From assembly GCF_044704955.1 (NCBI RefSeq), contig NC_091997.1:15190001-15254000 (forward strand): a DNA stretch of 64,000 nucleotides, given 5' to 3'. This document shows positions 11,667 through 25,279 of the stretch, in pieces. The stretch's first letter is position 1, and each line of letters begins with the position of its first letter. Under the pieces are notes generated by a model. It did not search any database, was not told the origin of the DNA, and saw only the letters and a program-made list of their open reading frames with translations. The translations under genes were made by a program, and so were the position numbers. Source of the DNA: Pristiophorus japonicus. Lineage: Eukaryota.

Positions 11667-12557
11667 CATAAGAACATAAGAATTAGGAACAGGAGTAGGC
11701 CATCGAGCCCCTCGAGCTTGCTCCGCCATTCAACAAGATCATGACTGATCTGGCCGTGGACTCAGCTCCACTTACCCACCCGCTCCCCCTAACCCTTAAT
11801 TCCCTTATTGGTTAAAAATCTATCTATCTGTGACTTGAATACATTCAATGAGCTAGCCTCAACTGCTTCCTTGGGCAGAGAATTCCACAGATTGACAACC
11901 CTCTGGGAGAAGAGATTCCTTCTCAACTCGGTTCTAAATTGGCTCCCCCGTATTTTGAGGTTGTGCCCCTAGTTCTAGTCTCCCCGACCAGTGGAAACAA
12001 CCTCTCTGCCTTTATCTTGTCTATCCCTTTCATTATTTAAAATGTTTCTATAAGATCACCCCTCATCCTTCTGAACTCCAACGAGTAAAGACCCAGTCTA
12101 CTCAATCTATCATCATAAGGTAACCCCCTCATCTCCGGAATCAGCCTCGTGAATCGTCTCTGTACCCCCTCCAAAGCTAGTATATCCTTCCTTAAGTAAG
12201 GTGACCAAAACTGCACGCAGTACTCCAGGTGCGGCCTCACCAATACCCTGTACAGTTGCAGCGGGACCTCCTTGCTTTTGTACTCCATCCGTCTCGCAAT
12301 GAAGGCCAACATTCCATTCGCCTTCCTGATTACCTGCTGCACCTGCAAACTAACTTTTTGGGATTCATGCACAAGGGCCCCCAGGTCCCTCTGCACCGCA
12401 GCATGTTGTAATTTCTCCCCATTCAAATAATATTCCCTTTTACTGTTTTTTTCCCCAAGGTGGATGACCTCACACTTTCCGACATTGTATTCCATCTGCC
12501 AAACCTTAGCCCATTCGCTTAACCTATCTAAATCTCTTTGCAGCCTCTCTGTGTCCT
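11667..12557 (-). mobile_element. CR1 LINE, 5'-truncated
   Basis: ORF 12037-12615 (DTERLQRDLDRLSEW...RPHLEYCVQFWSP...RRMRGDLIET); (TTCTTATG)n tail; near-identical to 20272-21165. Confidence 0.93.
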
Positions 12558-15479
12558 TATATACGTTGATATAAGAGTGCAGTTTTATTAATACAGCTGT
12601 AAATGGGTTTATCACAAAAAAATAAACATTTTTATAAGAGTGTCTAGTCCACCATCTGTGAGTAACCTAATTTTAAATCACTGAAAATTACTTTGCAAAA
12701 CTAAATTGAACTATTCATTGGTGTACACCAGTCAGTTTCTTTGTAAATTAAATCTTTTTTAACATTTAAAAACATTTACAAAGTGTCTATTAGTGCCCTT
12801 GTGCTTAAAAAAACAATTATATTTAAATAGCCTTCTCGAACGGTCACAAACGGGCGCAATTGGTAGAAACTCGATGTGCTCATTATTCCGATCTGAGATG
12901 TCACCAGTTTTGTGGTCACGGCCGGCTCTCAGCACGATATTTTTTAAACCAGCATTAAGATCGCGGAACCTCGAGTTACGCTCAACGTAACTTGCACTTA
13001 ACACTTCTCGACATTTTTACACTGGTTTGGCCGATTTTAGGCGAATTGCGCTGGTAAAACCAGCAGAAACTAATGGAAACTCTAGGCCCATATGTATAGC
13101 ATTGATGTGAAGTGGTTTCGTTTTGTCCCAGTGCTGCAATGATAGTGTAAATGCAGTCAGGACGTGCAATCTGCCACCAGGTTGAAGCGGAGTCATTTTG
13201 AACCTGAAAACATAATTTACACAACGGGGCTGGGATTTTTTTTACCTCTGCACTTGCCAGCCTGTGACTTTCTGCCGCTTCACTTTGATAGCGCGCACAG
13301 AAACTGAAGACCGATAAGTCTAAAACTATTTCGCACCAAAGCGCACCTTAAGTGAATGTTTCTTCACAAACTAGATTGCATGCGTCTCTTTCTGTTTCCT
13401 ATTGAATTTTGTTGAGGATGTTGTCAGATTTATATCTCAAGGATAGAAATCTGTGGGCTGGTGTACAAATGGGAATCATAGACATAACATTATGGTTATC
13501 TCAATGAACTGAGAACATCACTTTTAAAATGTAGAGTCTATTTTAGATGAAACCAGATATCTGGAGACTTAAATAGGGATGATTAAAATGGAATAGTGTG
13601 CTCAGAATGAATAGTTAAATACAAATGCAGTACCACTTTGGTACAATCTGTGCTGCTGAGCCAGATAGCTCTCAATGCTGTCAGTGTTGGTGACATTAGA
13701 TGCTGCAAGCTGATTAATCGACTGATCACTGCCCTTTCACAATGCTGAAGCATTGAGCCCAGGGTGCTTTCACGAAGAACCTTGAACTTTCCTTCAAGGT
13801 ATATTTAGTCCTCCCTCTAAATAATTAGAATTTGACCATTATGTTGGGCTGTTTTAATTTCCTTTAATAGATAAAATGCCTTATTACAACCACAACTAAT
13901 TGCCTCGTTGCAGTGTTTCTAATATATTCTAAATTTAAATTTGCAATTTTTGTCAAAAGTCACAATTCAATGGCTGAACAGAACTAGTTACATTTCGAGT
14001 GCAACCTCATTTTGCAAGGTCCCTTCTAAGTGTGGCCTGCAACTGATAACTCTCTCTCTGATGGCTAGTAATAGTCCAAATATACTAAAAACTCTCCACT
14101 GAACCAGTCAGGCGAACTGTTCAAAACTGCACGAGTTGTTGAATATCAGGTATGACTGCACAGTAATGTTCTTTATTAGACACACAGCAGCTGCTACCTG
14201 CAGCCCGAGGAAATCTCTCCCTCTTTCTAATCTGCTGGAGCAGGCAGGTTTTTATCCCCCAAATCTTCGCAGGCTGAGGCTCATTGTACAGAGTTCAAAG
14301 ATTCCGATTGTTTGGAGATTCGTATCTGGTGACGTTCCGGGCGAGAGAATGAGCAGTGCCGGCAGTATGAGAGAAAGAGATGAACCAGGCATCTATGGGT
14401 TGAAACCAAATAGCTGAAACCTCAAAACGAAGTTAGTAGGTTTGCCCAGTACTGCATTATACTGGAGCTCCAACAAGGAGTTAGTGCCCAGCCCATAGTT
14501 CCCAACAAGGCTAGTTCCCCATCTCAAATGGGTTGCTATGGGGAAGGGCTAAGCTAAGGTCAGGCAGGCACTTCCACTCGGGAAGAAAAAAGCATCAAGG
14601 GTCATTTTTCTGAAATTAATTTGTTGAATATTGAATGAGGAGTAAAATAAAGAAAAATCCTTTGTTGGTAATTTAAAGTAATTGAAGTAAATTATTAAAT
14701 AATATTCAAATCAAAAAGTATGGCCCTTTCATTTTTAAAGGATCCAGTTAATGAAACGGATTATGCCATATTGATGCAAGATCATGGATTGAGAAGGTTC
14801 ATTTTACTTTAATAATTGTTATAAATAGGACTTTCTGAATAAGTAGTTTATTATTTGAAATTACTGTTGCACCAAAAAAAGCAAGTTTCCTAACTAATTG
14901 TCTCTTAAGTCAACCCTCTAATTTCTCAACTTTTACAAAGTCATTTCTAAGCATGTTGTAACTTATAACTGAAAATCGTGCAAAGTAGGAATCAACACAC
15001 GCAAGAAACATGTGGCATGGGCACCATGGATATTTAAGGAAGAGGATACACTACGTTCTTGCCTATTGTCATTCAGTTGTCATTGAAAAGCAGTCTCAAA
15101 GGGGCAGGCAACATATATCTCAAAGTTATCTTTACATCCTGTTGTGACCTGATGCTACAGATACTGTGATGATTGCCTTTTGTTGGCTGAAAATCTTTGC
15201 AGTTACTGCCCACTTGTGGGAAGTGTCTAACATAACAATTGCCTTAATGTTGAGAAACAGCAGACACAGACTCATGGCTTGGTGTCTGGTATGTCTGCAG
15301 AGCAAAGGTCAAACCTTAGGGCTTTTGTCCCCACATTTCATCATTATTTATATTCTACTGACATGAACCATTTAATGCAAGGAGAGCTCTGAAACAGGCA
15401 GCAAAGTGTGGAATTTGAGTTTATTAGATTATGGATGGGCAGAATTGAAGATTCTGTTTTTTAAAAAAACATTTAGGTT

Positions 15480-15890
15480 TTTCTTAAACGGCGATTTTCT
15501 TCGCTCTCCTACTCTTGAAGGCACTAACCCCTTCACAGACAGCAATAGCTTCATTGGTGCTGGTTGTCCTTCTGTACCTTGCCAGATGGCCAATATTCAT
15601 AGATGATCCAGGAAGAGTGACTGTCACCAGGCTAACTGATCAATGAAGGGACATCACAACTGAGGCCAATTCTGTCCTTATCCAGTGTCCTCACACATGA
15701 ACTTAGAGCAGGGATAGTTCGACATCCAGCTGGAGGTTAGTCAGGAGTGGTAAGCCTGGCCCAATTTTCCCTAGCTCAGAGGAGCTGAGGTAAGTTTTCG
15801 TGACCCGACCACCATTCTGGATAAGATCAGCTAACTCAGCACAGACCAGAGATCAAGTCTGGGCTCTACCGGGACTATATGACTCAGCTA
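15480..15890 (-). mobile_element. Ancient tRNA-derived SINE (family not identified)
   Basis: Minus strand GGTCTGTGCTGAGTTAGCTGATC next to degenerate A/B-box-like motifs; related decayed copies at about 5850-6040 (+) and 10170-10340 (-). Confidence 0.45.
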
Positions 15891-15896
15891 CACACA

Positions 15897-16022
15897 CGGC
15901 GGAGAAGATCTTGACTTTGTGCGATACTGTGAAACAGATATTAAAAATCAGGAGAGATGTAAAACACGCTGCAGACTTGCTATCACCCGTTTTATACAAT
16001 CACACAAAGTCAAACCCTACTC
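15897..16022. mobile_element. Short palindromic MITE (~125 bp)
   Basis: Inverted ends TTGACTTTGTGCGAT / ATCACACAAAGTCAA; same family as 20067-20219. Confidence 0.65.
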
Positions 16023-16205
16023 ATCGGGAAACTCTACATTTTGGTTCTTAATGCTGTGCTGTGATGCTTGACAATAAATAATTAAACTCGCAAAGGTGTC
16101 TTAGTTGACACCGAGAAAAATACAAAAATCTGATAGTAAAACAATATCCATTGGAAAATGATACACCCCATTTTAATGTCCATTTTTCTCAGGTGTACCT
16201 TTGGT

Positions 16206-16772
16206 ATAGAAACATAGAAACATAGAAATTAGGTGCAGGAGTAGGCCATGCGGCCCTTCAAGCCTGCACCACCATTCAATATGATCATGGCTGATCATGC
16301 AACTTCAGTACCCCATTCCTGTTTTCTCTCCAAACCCCTTGATCCCTTTAGCCATAAGGGCCACATCTAACTCCCTTTTGAATATCTAACGAACTGGCCT
16401 CAACAACTTTCTGTGGTATGGAATTCCACAGGTTCACAATTCTCTGAGCGAAGAAGTTTCTCCTCATCTCGGTCCTAAATGGCTTATCCCTTATCCTTAG
16501 ACTGTGACCCCTGGTTCTGGACTTCCCCAACATCAGGAACATTCTTCATGCATCTAACCTGTCCAATCCCGTCAGAATTTTATATGTTTCTATGAGATCC
16601 CCTCTCATTCTTCTAAGTTCCAGTGAATATAAGCCTAGTCGATCCAGTCTCTCTTCATATGTCAGTCCTGCCATCCCGGGAATCAGTCTGGTGAACCTTC
16701 GCTGTGCTCCCTCAATAGCAAGACTGTCCTTCCTCAGATTAAGAGACCAAATCTGTACACAATATTCAAGGT
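16206..16772 (-). mobile_element. CR1 LINE 3' fragment
   Basis: (TTTCTATG)n tail; GKSRTRGHSLRIR...FRTEMRRNFF. Confidence 0.9.
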
Positions 16773-17291
16773 ATGCTTCCGATCAGAGTTAGCCTTACAG
16801 AGGAATCTGAGATGGTCAGTATCTTTGGTCAAAGTAAGTAAAAGAACAGCTGCTACCCGTCTCCCAAAGGCTTTACAGATTCTGAAAGCAAACAAAAACC
16901 TTGATAAGAACAATAAACTATGGCCCAGCACTTGCTGCAGCAATGCATCTCGCATTGCCCCCTTGGTTAGACTTATTGCCTCACCCTTCAGCTCGAATTT
17001 TACTTTAGTGCTGCGGATTGCTGGAGGTGTGAGCTGATAATGGTGCCTGAGGTCAACGGGGCATCAGGGACCTTGGTGATAGACGGGGCCAACAGTCTGT
17101 CTCCTTAACCAATGCGATTTAAGGATTGGGACGAAAACAGAAAAATGACGGAGAAGGAAATAGAGTAAATTAGAGTTAATTCAGGTACTGAAAGAGAAAT
17201 AAAGAGAGGGAAGCAACAATTGGATTAAGAGAGTTAAAAAAGAGATGGAAAGGAAAAGTAAGTGACTGAGCCAAATTAGGAGATTAAAAAA

Positions 17292-17372
17292 AATGTTATC
17301 GACCTGAAACGTTAACTCTATTTCTTCACAGATGCTGCCTGACCTGCTGAGTATTTCCAGCATTTTGCTTTT
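17292..17372 (+). repeat. Penelope-like terminal repeat fragment
   Basis: GACCTGAAACGTTAACTCT...CAGATGCTGCCTGACCTGCTGAGTATTTCCAGCATTTT; related copies at 34370-34455 and, split, at 30090-31140. Family assignment is from recall. Confidence 0.5.
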
Positions 17373-17397
17373 GTATGGGTGATTGAAAGCTTGTTCC

Positions 17398-17910
17398 ATG
17401 AGGTAACTTTTAAGGAGGGTCTTAAAGAGGAGAGAGAGGTGGAGAGGTTTAGGGAGGGAATTCCACAGATTAGAACGTAAACAGATGAAGTCACATCCGT
17501 CAATGGTGGGGTAAAGTGAGTGGCCAGAAGAGGCCAGAGTTAAAGGAATGCAGAGGTCTCAGAGGCTTGTAGGGCTGGAGGAGATTACAGAGATGGGAAG
17601 GGGTGAGGTCATGGGGGGTTTTGAACAAGAGGATGAGAATTTTTAAATTGAGGTGTTGGTGAGCCAATGTAGGTCAGCTGGCGAAGGGGTGATGGGTGAA
17701 TTAGGATATGGGCAGCAGAGTTTTGGATGAGCTCAAGTTTATGGAGGATGGAAGATGGGAGGCCGGCCAGGAGAACATTGGAATAGTCAAGTCTGTATGT
17801 AACAAAAGCACAAATGAGGGTTTCAAAAGCAGGTAAGCTGAGGCAGGGATGGAGACATGCGATGTTATGAAGATGGAAGTAGGCGGTCTTTAAGATGGAG
17901 AGGATATGGG
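17398..17910 (-). mobile_element. L2-clade LINE 3' fragment
   Basis: Reverse complement encodes decayed L2 C-terminus (RLDYSNVLLAGLPS...LELIQNSAA...), homologous to 48400-48790 and 41680-41990. Confidence 0.8.
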
Positions 17911-18670
17911 CTAGCTTAAGCAGTCAGTCAGTATAATACTGCGAAGCAGGCTCGAGGGGCCAAATGGCCTAGTCCTGCTCCTATTTCTTTTGTTCTTATG
18001 TTCTATATCACTGTAGCAAGGTTGTCTGAACTGCAGTTTGTGGGTCACATGTAGCCCCGAGCCCCTGAATTCTGATTCTTGGAACACAAGCAGCAAAGTC
18101 CTATTGCAGTTATATTTCTTACTCACTGGTTTGTCCCATTGGAATTATGTGAGGCTGAAGGTTTAGAAAGGGCTATTATTAGCACAGTTGTGTCATTGGT
18201 GGCTATATATTAAAATCAAAGCACAAAGATCTATTAGCATCAGCAATTTTAGATAGATACAAATTAATGAGAACGTGAATTTAAACTTTATAGAGTAGAT
18301 TTTACAAGTCCTCATCGTGAAGGAGGTACTTCACCTCCCATGAGTGCATATCAGAAAATTTACCCTTTTATGTGGTCCCATGGCTACTGGTACTCACCCC
18401 TGCACCATAAGTATCCTGTCCATGATTTACGCACGGTTCTAAGTATCAGAAAACTGAGAGGAAATCAACAGAATTACCATTAATACTAATGTGTCACATT
18501 ACACTGAGGTGCAATAATAAATCCATTAGCAGATGACTTAATGGTCCAATCAAATTCAAGTTGACACCATGCAAATTAATGCCGTGAGAAATTTGGCAAA
18601 GAGTCACTTTTTAACAAATCTGACATTATTTTTATTGGCAGCCAATCTGGAAATGGCAGACAAAGCACCA

Positions 18671-19360
18671 GGGGCTAGTAATTGGGGTGCAAAAGTATCG
18701 GCGGGGACTGCACAATTGATTCCGACGGGATCTTCCGCATTAGTGCTCCAAGAGGGAAGTGGAGCGCTAAATCAAGCGCTAACCACTTCCCTTAGAGCGC
18801 TAAAAGAGGTTAGGGGGATGGTATCGGCAGAACACTGCACAATGTTCCATGCAGCGCTGCTGGTTTTACAGGCTCCTTCCCTCCCTTAAAGGGAAGGACC
18901 AATGCTGCATTCATTGAAGTTTGAGGCTGTGGATGTTGGTCGACGGCACCTGTGATCTGCACATAGCAGCCCCAAGCACTCTAGGAGAGTGGTTACAAAA
19001 AAAAACTAAATCCAACACTCTGGGGCAGAATTAATTTTTGGCACACCTGAGCACCACTCCCCAAGTGGCTGGCCGAGGTGACAACACCTCCAGTGGCTGC
19101 CGTTGTTGATGCCCAGCGATGCTGCAGGGTGCAGAAGCAAATTTTACATCCGGGGCGATAACAGGGCGCTGCGCACCGGATGATGTCACGATTTCCGGGC
19201 GCAAGAGACCGCGGTGGCAAGTTTTAGCGCCAGCGCTCACCTGCCATGGAATTTCACGGGCATTGGTGATTTTGCCGTGCCCCGTCGGTAATCCCTTAGT
19301 GCCCCGTTATCGCCCCCTGGAGGCGCTAACGGGAGGTGCAAAGGTGGCCAATTTCTCCCC
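18671..19360. mobile_element. Harbinger-type MITE
   Basis: TIRs GGGGCTAGTAATTGG / CCAATTTCTCCCC; TSD CCA (18668-18670, 19361-19363); multiple AGCGCT subterminal motifs. Confidence 0.85.
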
Positions 19361-20066
19361 CCATGTAACTTAATGCACATACAGAGGCATAACTGCTATA
19401 GAAAGAAAGAACTTGCATTTATATAGCACCTTGTTACTTTCTCAGGACATTCCACAGCATCTTACAACCAATGGATTACTTTTTGAAATTCAGTGGCTGT
19501 TCTTATGTAGGGGAAGAAGTTTTAAAATGGCCCGAAGCAACATTTGGGTCCAGAATTATATCAACATCCACTGGGTACCACTGGCTGAAAATATGAAAAT
19601 GAATAACTAACTCTCAAACAACAAAGGCTTGCCTTAGAGATAGACAGGTTGGCCCGTGTCTCATATTTTAGAATACTAATCATGATCACCAAAGGTCCTT
19701 GGCCCATTAAAGAAGAAGACAAATGCAGCTCTTCAGATGGAGGCCAGAGAGGATTCCAAGCTAAAGCAATTGAGGATTTAAATATTTGTCAAATTTAAAA
19801 GGCAACATGTTACCTTTAAACTTTGAGGTTCTCCATGATCGTCAGCAAGTTTCCTCACTGTGTGCCGATAAGCATGCTTGCTTAATGAGCAAAAGGGATC
19901 GGAACTATGAAAGTTGTCAGTATTGTCATTTTAAAGAGTGTTTTGAGAGGGCAGTGTTACATTCATTTAGAGCGAAATCCATCTTATTTGTGAACCAAGA
20001 TGGATTTCGTTCTCGGTCACTCAGTCTGTGAACACTCATGATGAACAGAAATTCTGTGGTGGCAAT

Positions 20067-20219
20067 GGGGATAAATTTGACTTTGGGTAATAGTGTAAAA
20101 TGGGTGATATCAGATAAGTTGCCCATTTCAATAGAAATAAAAATCGGGAGTGGTACATTATAGGCGGCTGTTCCAATATCCTCTGTTCTACACTATCGCT
20201 CAAAGTCAGGATTACCCCC
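20067..20219. mobile_element. Short palindromic Harbinger-type MITE (153 bp)
   Basis: Long imperfect TIRs GGGGATAAATTTGACTTTGGGTAATAGTGTA / TACACTATCGCTCAAAGTCAGGATTACCCCC; TSD AAT. Confidence 0.8.
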
Positions 20220-20271
20220 AATATATTTGATTGTACTGCCATAAAAATGTGTTGTCACCAGGGTAATTAAA

Positions 20272-22112
20272 ACATAAGAACATAAGAATTAGGAACAGGA
20301 GTAGGCCATCTAGCCCCTCGAGCCTGCTCTGCCATTCAACAAGATCATGGCTGATCTGGCCGTGGACTCAGCTCCACTTACCCGCCCGCTCCCCGTAACC
20401 CTTAATTCCCTTACTGGTTAAAAATCTATCTATCTGTGATTTGAATACATTCAATGAGCTAGCCTCAACTGCTTCCTTGGGCAGAGAATTCCACAGATTC
20501 ACAACCCTTTGGGAGAAGAAATTCCTTCTCAACTCGGTTTTAAATTGGCTCCCCCATATTTTGAGGTTGTGCCCCCTAGTTCTAGTCTCCCCGATCAGTG
20601 GAAACAACCTCTCTGCCTCTATCTTGTCTATCACTTTCATTATTTTAAATGTTTCTATTAGATCACCCCTCATCCTTCTGAACTTCAACGAGTAAAGACC
20701 CAGTCTACTCAATCTATCATCATAAGGTAATCCCCTCATCTCCGGAATCAGCCTCGTGAATCGTCTCTGTACCCCCTCCAAAGCTAGTATATCCTTCCTT
20801 AAGTAAGGTGACCAAAACTGCACTCAGTACTCCAGGTGCGGCCTCACCAATACCCTATACAGTTGCAGCAGGACCTCCCTGCTTTTGTACTCCATCCGTC
20901 TCGCAATGAAGGCCAACATTCCATTCGCCTTCCTGATTACTTGCTGCACCTGCAAACTAACTTTTTGGGATTCATGCACAAGGACCCCCAGGTCCCTCTG
21001 CATCGCAGCATGTTGTAATTTCTCCCCATTCAAATAATATTCCCTTTTACTGTGTTTTTTTCCAAGGTGGATGACCTCACATTTTCCGACATTGTATTCC
21101 ATCTGCCAAACGTTATCCCATTCGCTTAACCTATCTAAATCTCTTTGCAGCCTCTCTGTGTCCTCTACACAACCCGCTTTCCCAGTAATCTTTGTGTCAT
21201 CTGCAAATTTTGTTACACTACACTCTGTCCCCTCTTCCAGGTCATCTATGTACATTGTAAACAGTTGTGGTCCCAGCACCGATCCCTGTGGCACACCACT
21301 AATCACCGATTTCCAACCCGAAAAGGACCCATTTATCCTGACTCTCTGCTTTCTGTTAGCCAGCCAATTCTCTATCCATGCTAATACATTTCCTCTGACT
21401 CCGCATACCTTTATCTTCTGCAGTAACCTTTTGAGTGGCACCTTATCGAATGCCTTTTGAAAATCTAAATACTCCAAATCCATCGGTACACCTCTATCCA
21501 CCATGCTCGTTATATCCTCAAAGAATTCCAGTAAATTAGTTAAACATGAATACCCCTTCATGAATCCATGTTGCGTCTGCTTGATTGCACTATTCCTATC
21601 TAGATGTCCCGCTATTTCTTCCTTAATGATAGCTTCAAGCATTTTCCCCACTACAGATGTTAAACTAACCGGCCTATAGTTACCTGCCTTTTGTCTGCCC
21701 CCTTTTTTAAACAGAGGCGTTACATTAGCTGCTTTCCAATCCGCTGGTACCACCCCAGAGTCCAGAGAATTTTGGTAGATTATAACGAATGCTATAACTT
21801 CTGCCATCTCTTTTAATACCCTGGGATGCATTTCATCCGGACCAGGGGACTTGTCTACCTTGAGTCCCATTAGCCTGTCCAGCACTACCCCCCTAGTGAT
21901 AGTGATTATCTCAAGGTCCTCCCTTCCCACATTCCCGTGACCAGCAATTTTTGGCATGGTTTTTGCATCTTCCACTGTGAAGACCGAAGCAAAATAATTG
22001 TTTAAGGTCTCAGCCATTTCCACATTTCCCATTATTAAATCCCCCTTCTCATCTTCTAAGGGACCAACATTTACTTTAGTCACTCTTTTCTGTTTTATAT
22101 ATCGGTAAAAGC
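20272..22112 (-). mobile_element. CR1 LINE, 5'-truncated, RT domain nearly intact
   Basis: 438-aa ORF 20824-22140: [46 protein letters not shown]; in-frame stop at 20824-20826, then C-terminal ORF 20368-20823; (TTCTTATG)n tail. Confidence 0.96.
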
Positions 22113-22504
22113 TGTCTGTCCCAATACTAACACCAATCAAAAACCAAGTTTATCCTACATTTGAATTGCAACCAAAAATTGACTGTGGCAGGCCATTGGT
22201 CTTATGACTAAAATCTGTTGAAATTAGAAACTCGCAGATTCACACTGGAGCTTAAGTTACTTTCCTTTCCTGTTCACAAATCATCACAGCAACATTAATG
22301 GTTAACCTACACACTGACTTTTATTATACTTTTTTTTTTAGCACAGCTGTTTTTGTTAACCTGCTAAATTTCCTCCCATTAATTAGATATAAATTGATAT
22401 CCTATTATATCTTACCATGTAAAATAATCATTGTGCTGTTTTGAAGATTTATTTTACTTAGAAGAACAATGAATGCATTTTTATAAACTTTCTTCTTTCC
22501 TCCC

Positions 22505-23055
22505 TGGAGTATTGTGTACAGTTTTGGTCTCCTTACCTAAGAAAGGATATACTTGCCATAGAGGGAGTGCAGCGAGGGTTCACCAGACTGATTCCTGGGA
22601 TGGCAGGACTGTGGTATGAGGAGAGATTGGGTCGACTGGGCCTGTTTTCACTACAGTTTAGAAGAATGAGAGGGGATCTCATTGAAACATATACAATTCT
22701 TACTGGGTTGGATAGACTGGATGCGGGGAGGATGTTTCCCCTGGCTGGCAAGTCTAGAACAAGGGGTCACAGTCTCAGGATATGGGGTAGGAAATTTAGG
22801 ACCGAGATGAGGAGAAATTTTTTCACTCAGAGGGTGGTGAACCTGTGGAATTCTCTACCACAGAGGCCAAGTCACTGAATATATTTAAGAGGAGGATAGA
22901 TAGATTTCTAGAAACAAGAGACATCAAGGGGTATTGCGAAAGCAGGAATATGGTGTTGAGATAGAGGATCAGCCATAATCCTATTGAATGCCAGTGTAGA
23001 CTCGAAGAGCTGAATGGCCTACTACTGCTCCTATTTTCTATGTTTCTATGTTTCT
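22505..23055 (+). mobile_element. CR1 LINE 3' fragment
   Basis: LEYCVQFWSPYLRKD...RRMRGDLIET...RTRGHS; TTTCTATGTTTCTATGTTTC tail. Confidence 0.92.
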
Positions 23056-23294
23056 GGGCTATTGTCGTGACTCTTATACGTGAATAAATATTCATTCAGC
23101 AACACTGCTTTTCATGAGTAAACTGTGTTAGTGCTGTGATCTGTGGGACAGTGCTTTAGTTTTGGTGTTAAGCACCAACACAAATAGCACAAATAACGTC
23201 ATGGTAATCTTGTGACAATATGCTAATGATTATGCATACAGAGGCTGAGCTTTTCTTCGGCACACAACCACATCTTGTGCATCTTTAATATCTG

Positions 23295-23315
23295 TAGCCA
23301 CTAGATGGCAGCGCT
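23295..23315 (+). promoter_or_regulatory. CTCF-binding-site-like motif
   Basis: TAGCCACTAGATGGCAGCGCT matches the CTCF core CCASYAGRKGGCRS; lies in non-repetitive sequence. Confidence 0.55.
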
Positions 23316-25279
23316 GGTCAGAAAACTGACGAGTGGGTGTGTGATGCAAAATACTGGACTGTCTCTTGGTGCACATTATCCATTGCTCCATGGCTTTTTC
23401 TTTAGAAAAAAAGTTATGTGATTTTGAGGATGACTGTCTTTCTTTTAAATTGTTTATATTTTCAAGTGAATTAATTCTTGTGCTTTGCTTTTGGAAGGAA
23501 AGCACTTTTCAGATCTTCATTTGGGTTTTGGAAAACAAAAAACGTAGTCACGCCCTGCTATCCTGAGATTGATGTGGCACTCGCTGGGAGCAGCACCATT
23601 TTAAATAGCTCACATATGGGCAATTCTGAAAAACTGGGAAGGTAAAAGTTTTGAAACTTACAGACACGGTCTGGTATAGTATGGTCAATAATGATAGTTT
23701 GGAGAAGTATTACTGAATGCTGGGTAGGGCTTGTTTGAAGTGATGAAAAATCTCAAAGTTTAGTTTAATAAGGATATTCTTTAACTGATAGTCTAATAAA
23801 TATGATGGAAATTAACAGTCTACAAAAGCAACTATAAGGAACCTGACCCACATAAACTGTAAAAGTAGTTTGGCAAAACTTTACATTATCATTTGTATGT
23901 GCATCCATCCAAATCACCAAGCTTGTACCTAAAATTAAAAATGCTTACAGTATGTTAACAAATAAATTGTCACGATCCTGTATCAGAAAGGGCTGGGCTT
24001 CAGCAGTCACATCAGTCTGAGTGCAAGCTTTTTAAATGGCCAGTAGGTGTCTCCAAAGCTGGCTATTCTTGTCTGTTTGATGGACAATCCTGCCTGAAAT
24101 CCCCCAGAAGAGTGATGATGCCCCTTTAAGTGCATTCCTTAATTTGACTCAAATGCAAGAATAGTTTGAGGAAGTATTTCGAAGGCCCACATTAAATTCT
24201 CTTGCACATGTTGACTGCACATTGGAGATCCCTAATGTAATAACTCCCTTAAGGCATGACAGTTAACTAAAAGAATTGGCAGGAGGAATTTCATTCCCTT
24301 AGTCGGTATCCAATCAAATGCTGTTTTTGTTGAATGAATCTGATAACCATGGTCTTATCAGTTCATGCACTCTTTTGTTTATACTGGTGGTGTTTTCACA
24401 AGCTGGAAAGTAAAGAGCTGTCCACCATTGTCCCAGGCTGTTCCTGCCCTCCCATAACAAGCTTACCCTCCTACGTAGATATGTTGAACCCACTTACTAT
24501 GGCAGCTGCATAGGGACAACCTGAAGCAATCTCAGTAACAAAATAAAGGAAAGGAAGATGAGTCCACATATACAAGTATGGAATAAAAGTTAAATAGTGC
24601 TTGTACTGATTTTTGACTGTCCAATTATTTGTTCGTCGGGCATTTAGATATTGTCATTCTCTTTACGCAAGAAAGCTTTGCAAAGATACTTATGGGTTGA
24701 GATTGTTCTGTGCGATATTGCTAAACAAGCAAGTTTACATATTTGCATGAACTTTCTCTCTGTCTACTATTTTAAGTGAGGCATTGCCCCAATTAAAATA
24801 CAAGATGAAGACATTTTCTATGAACATGTTAACATATTTATTACCAATATCGCACAGTGTGACTTTAACCATCATGATCACACTTCTGCAGCAATAGTGA
24901 TCGACTAACAGCACTTATGTCTAGAGGAGAAAGAGTCCTCTCACCCATGGGGATACGCATATTTAATATAGATGCTGGCACACCCGTTGTTTACCTCCCC
25001 AGGGATCCCAAGAAATCAAGTGAGATGCAACGTGTAACGTGGTTTTTGCTACGGTAAATGAAAGCTGCCAACCCTTGTCAAACAGGCTCGCTGCTCTCGA
25101 GATCATGAGTCGGTTTTTATATTAATTCGAAAGTCTCTGCATGTAATCCAATACATCAAGCTAATATTTAATGACATATGACTGAGTGCACTTGTTACTG
25201 AGTAGAGAAGGAGCATCCCTCAAACCCTCATCTGAAATGTCCTGTCAAATGAAAAACATTACTGTATTACACTATTCTC

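Noticed and set aside
14136-14417. Possible exon or ORF in unique sequence
   Set aside because: No recognisable protein motif; minus frames all stop early and no convincing splice-site pair.
16874-16900. V(D)J recombination signal (ACAAAAACC nonamer)
   Set aside because: No CAC-starting heptamer at a 12- or 23-bp spacing, and no V/D/J segments nearby.
11667-21165. Segmental duplication between 11667-12557 and 20272-21165
   Set aside because: Similarity ends at the CR1 boundaries; these are independent insertions of one young subfamily.
21071-21460. ORFs antisense to LINE RT (also 27645-28010, 29009-29401, 40534-40944, 61135-61680, 63394-63768)
   Set aside because: Shadow frames of CR1 ORFs that recur in every copy; not independent genes.
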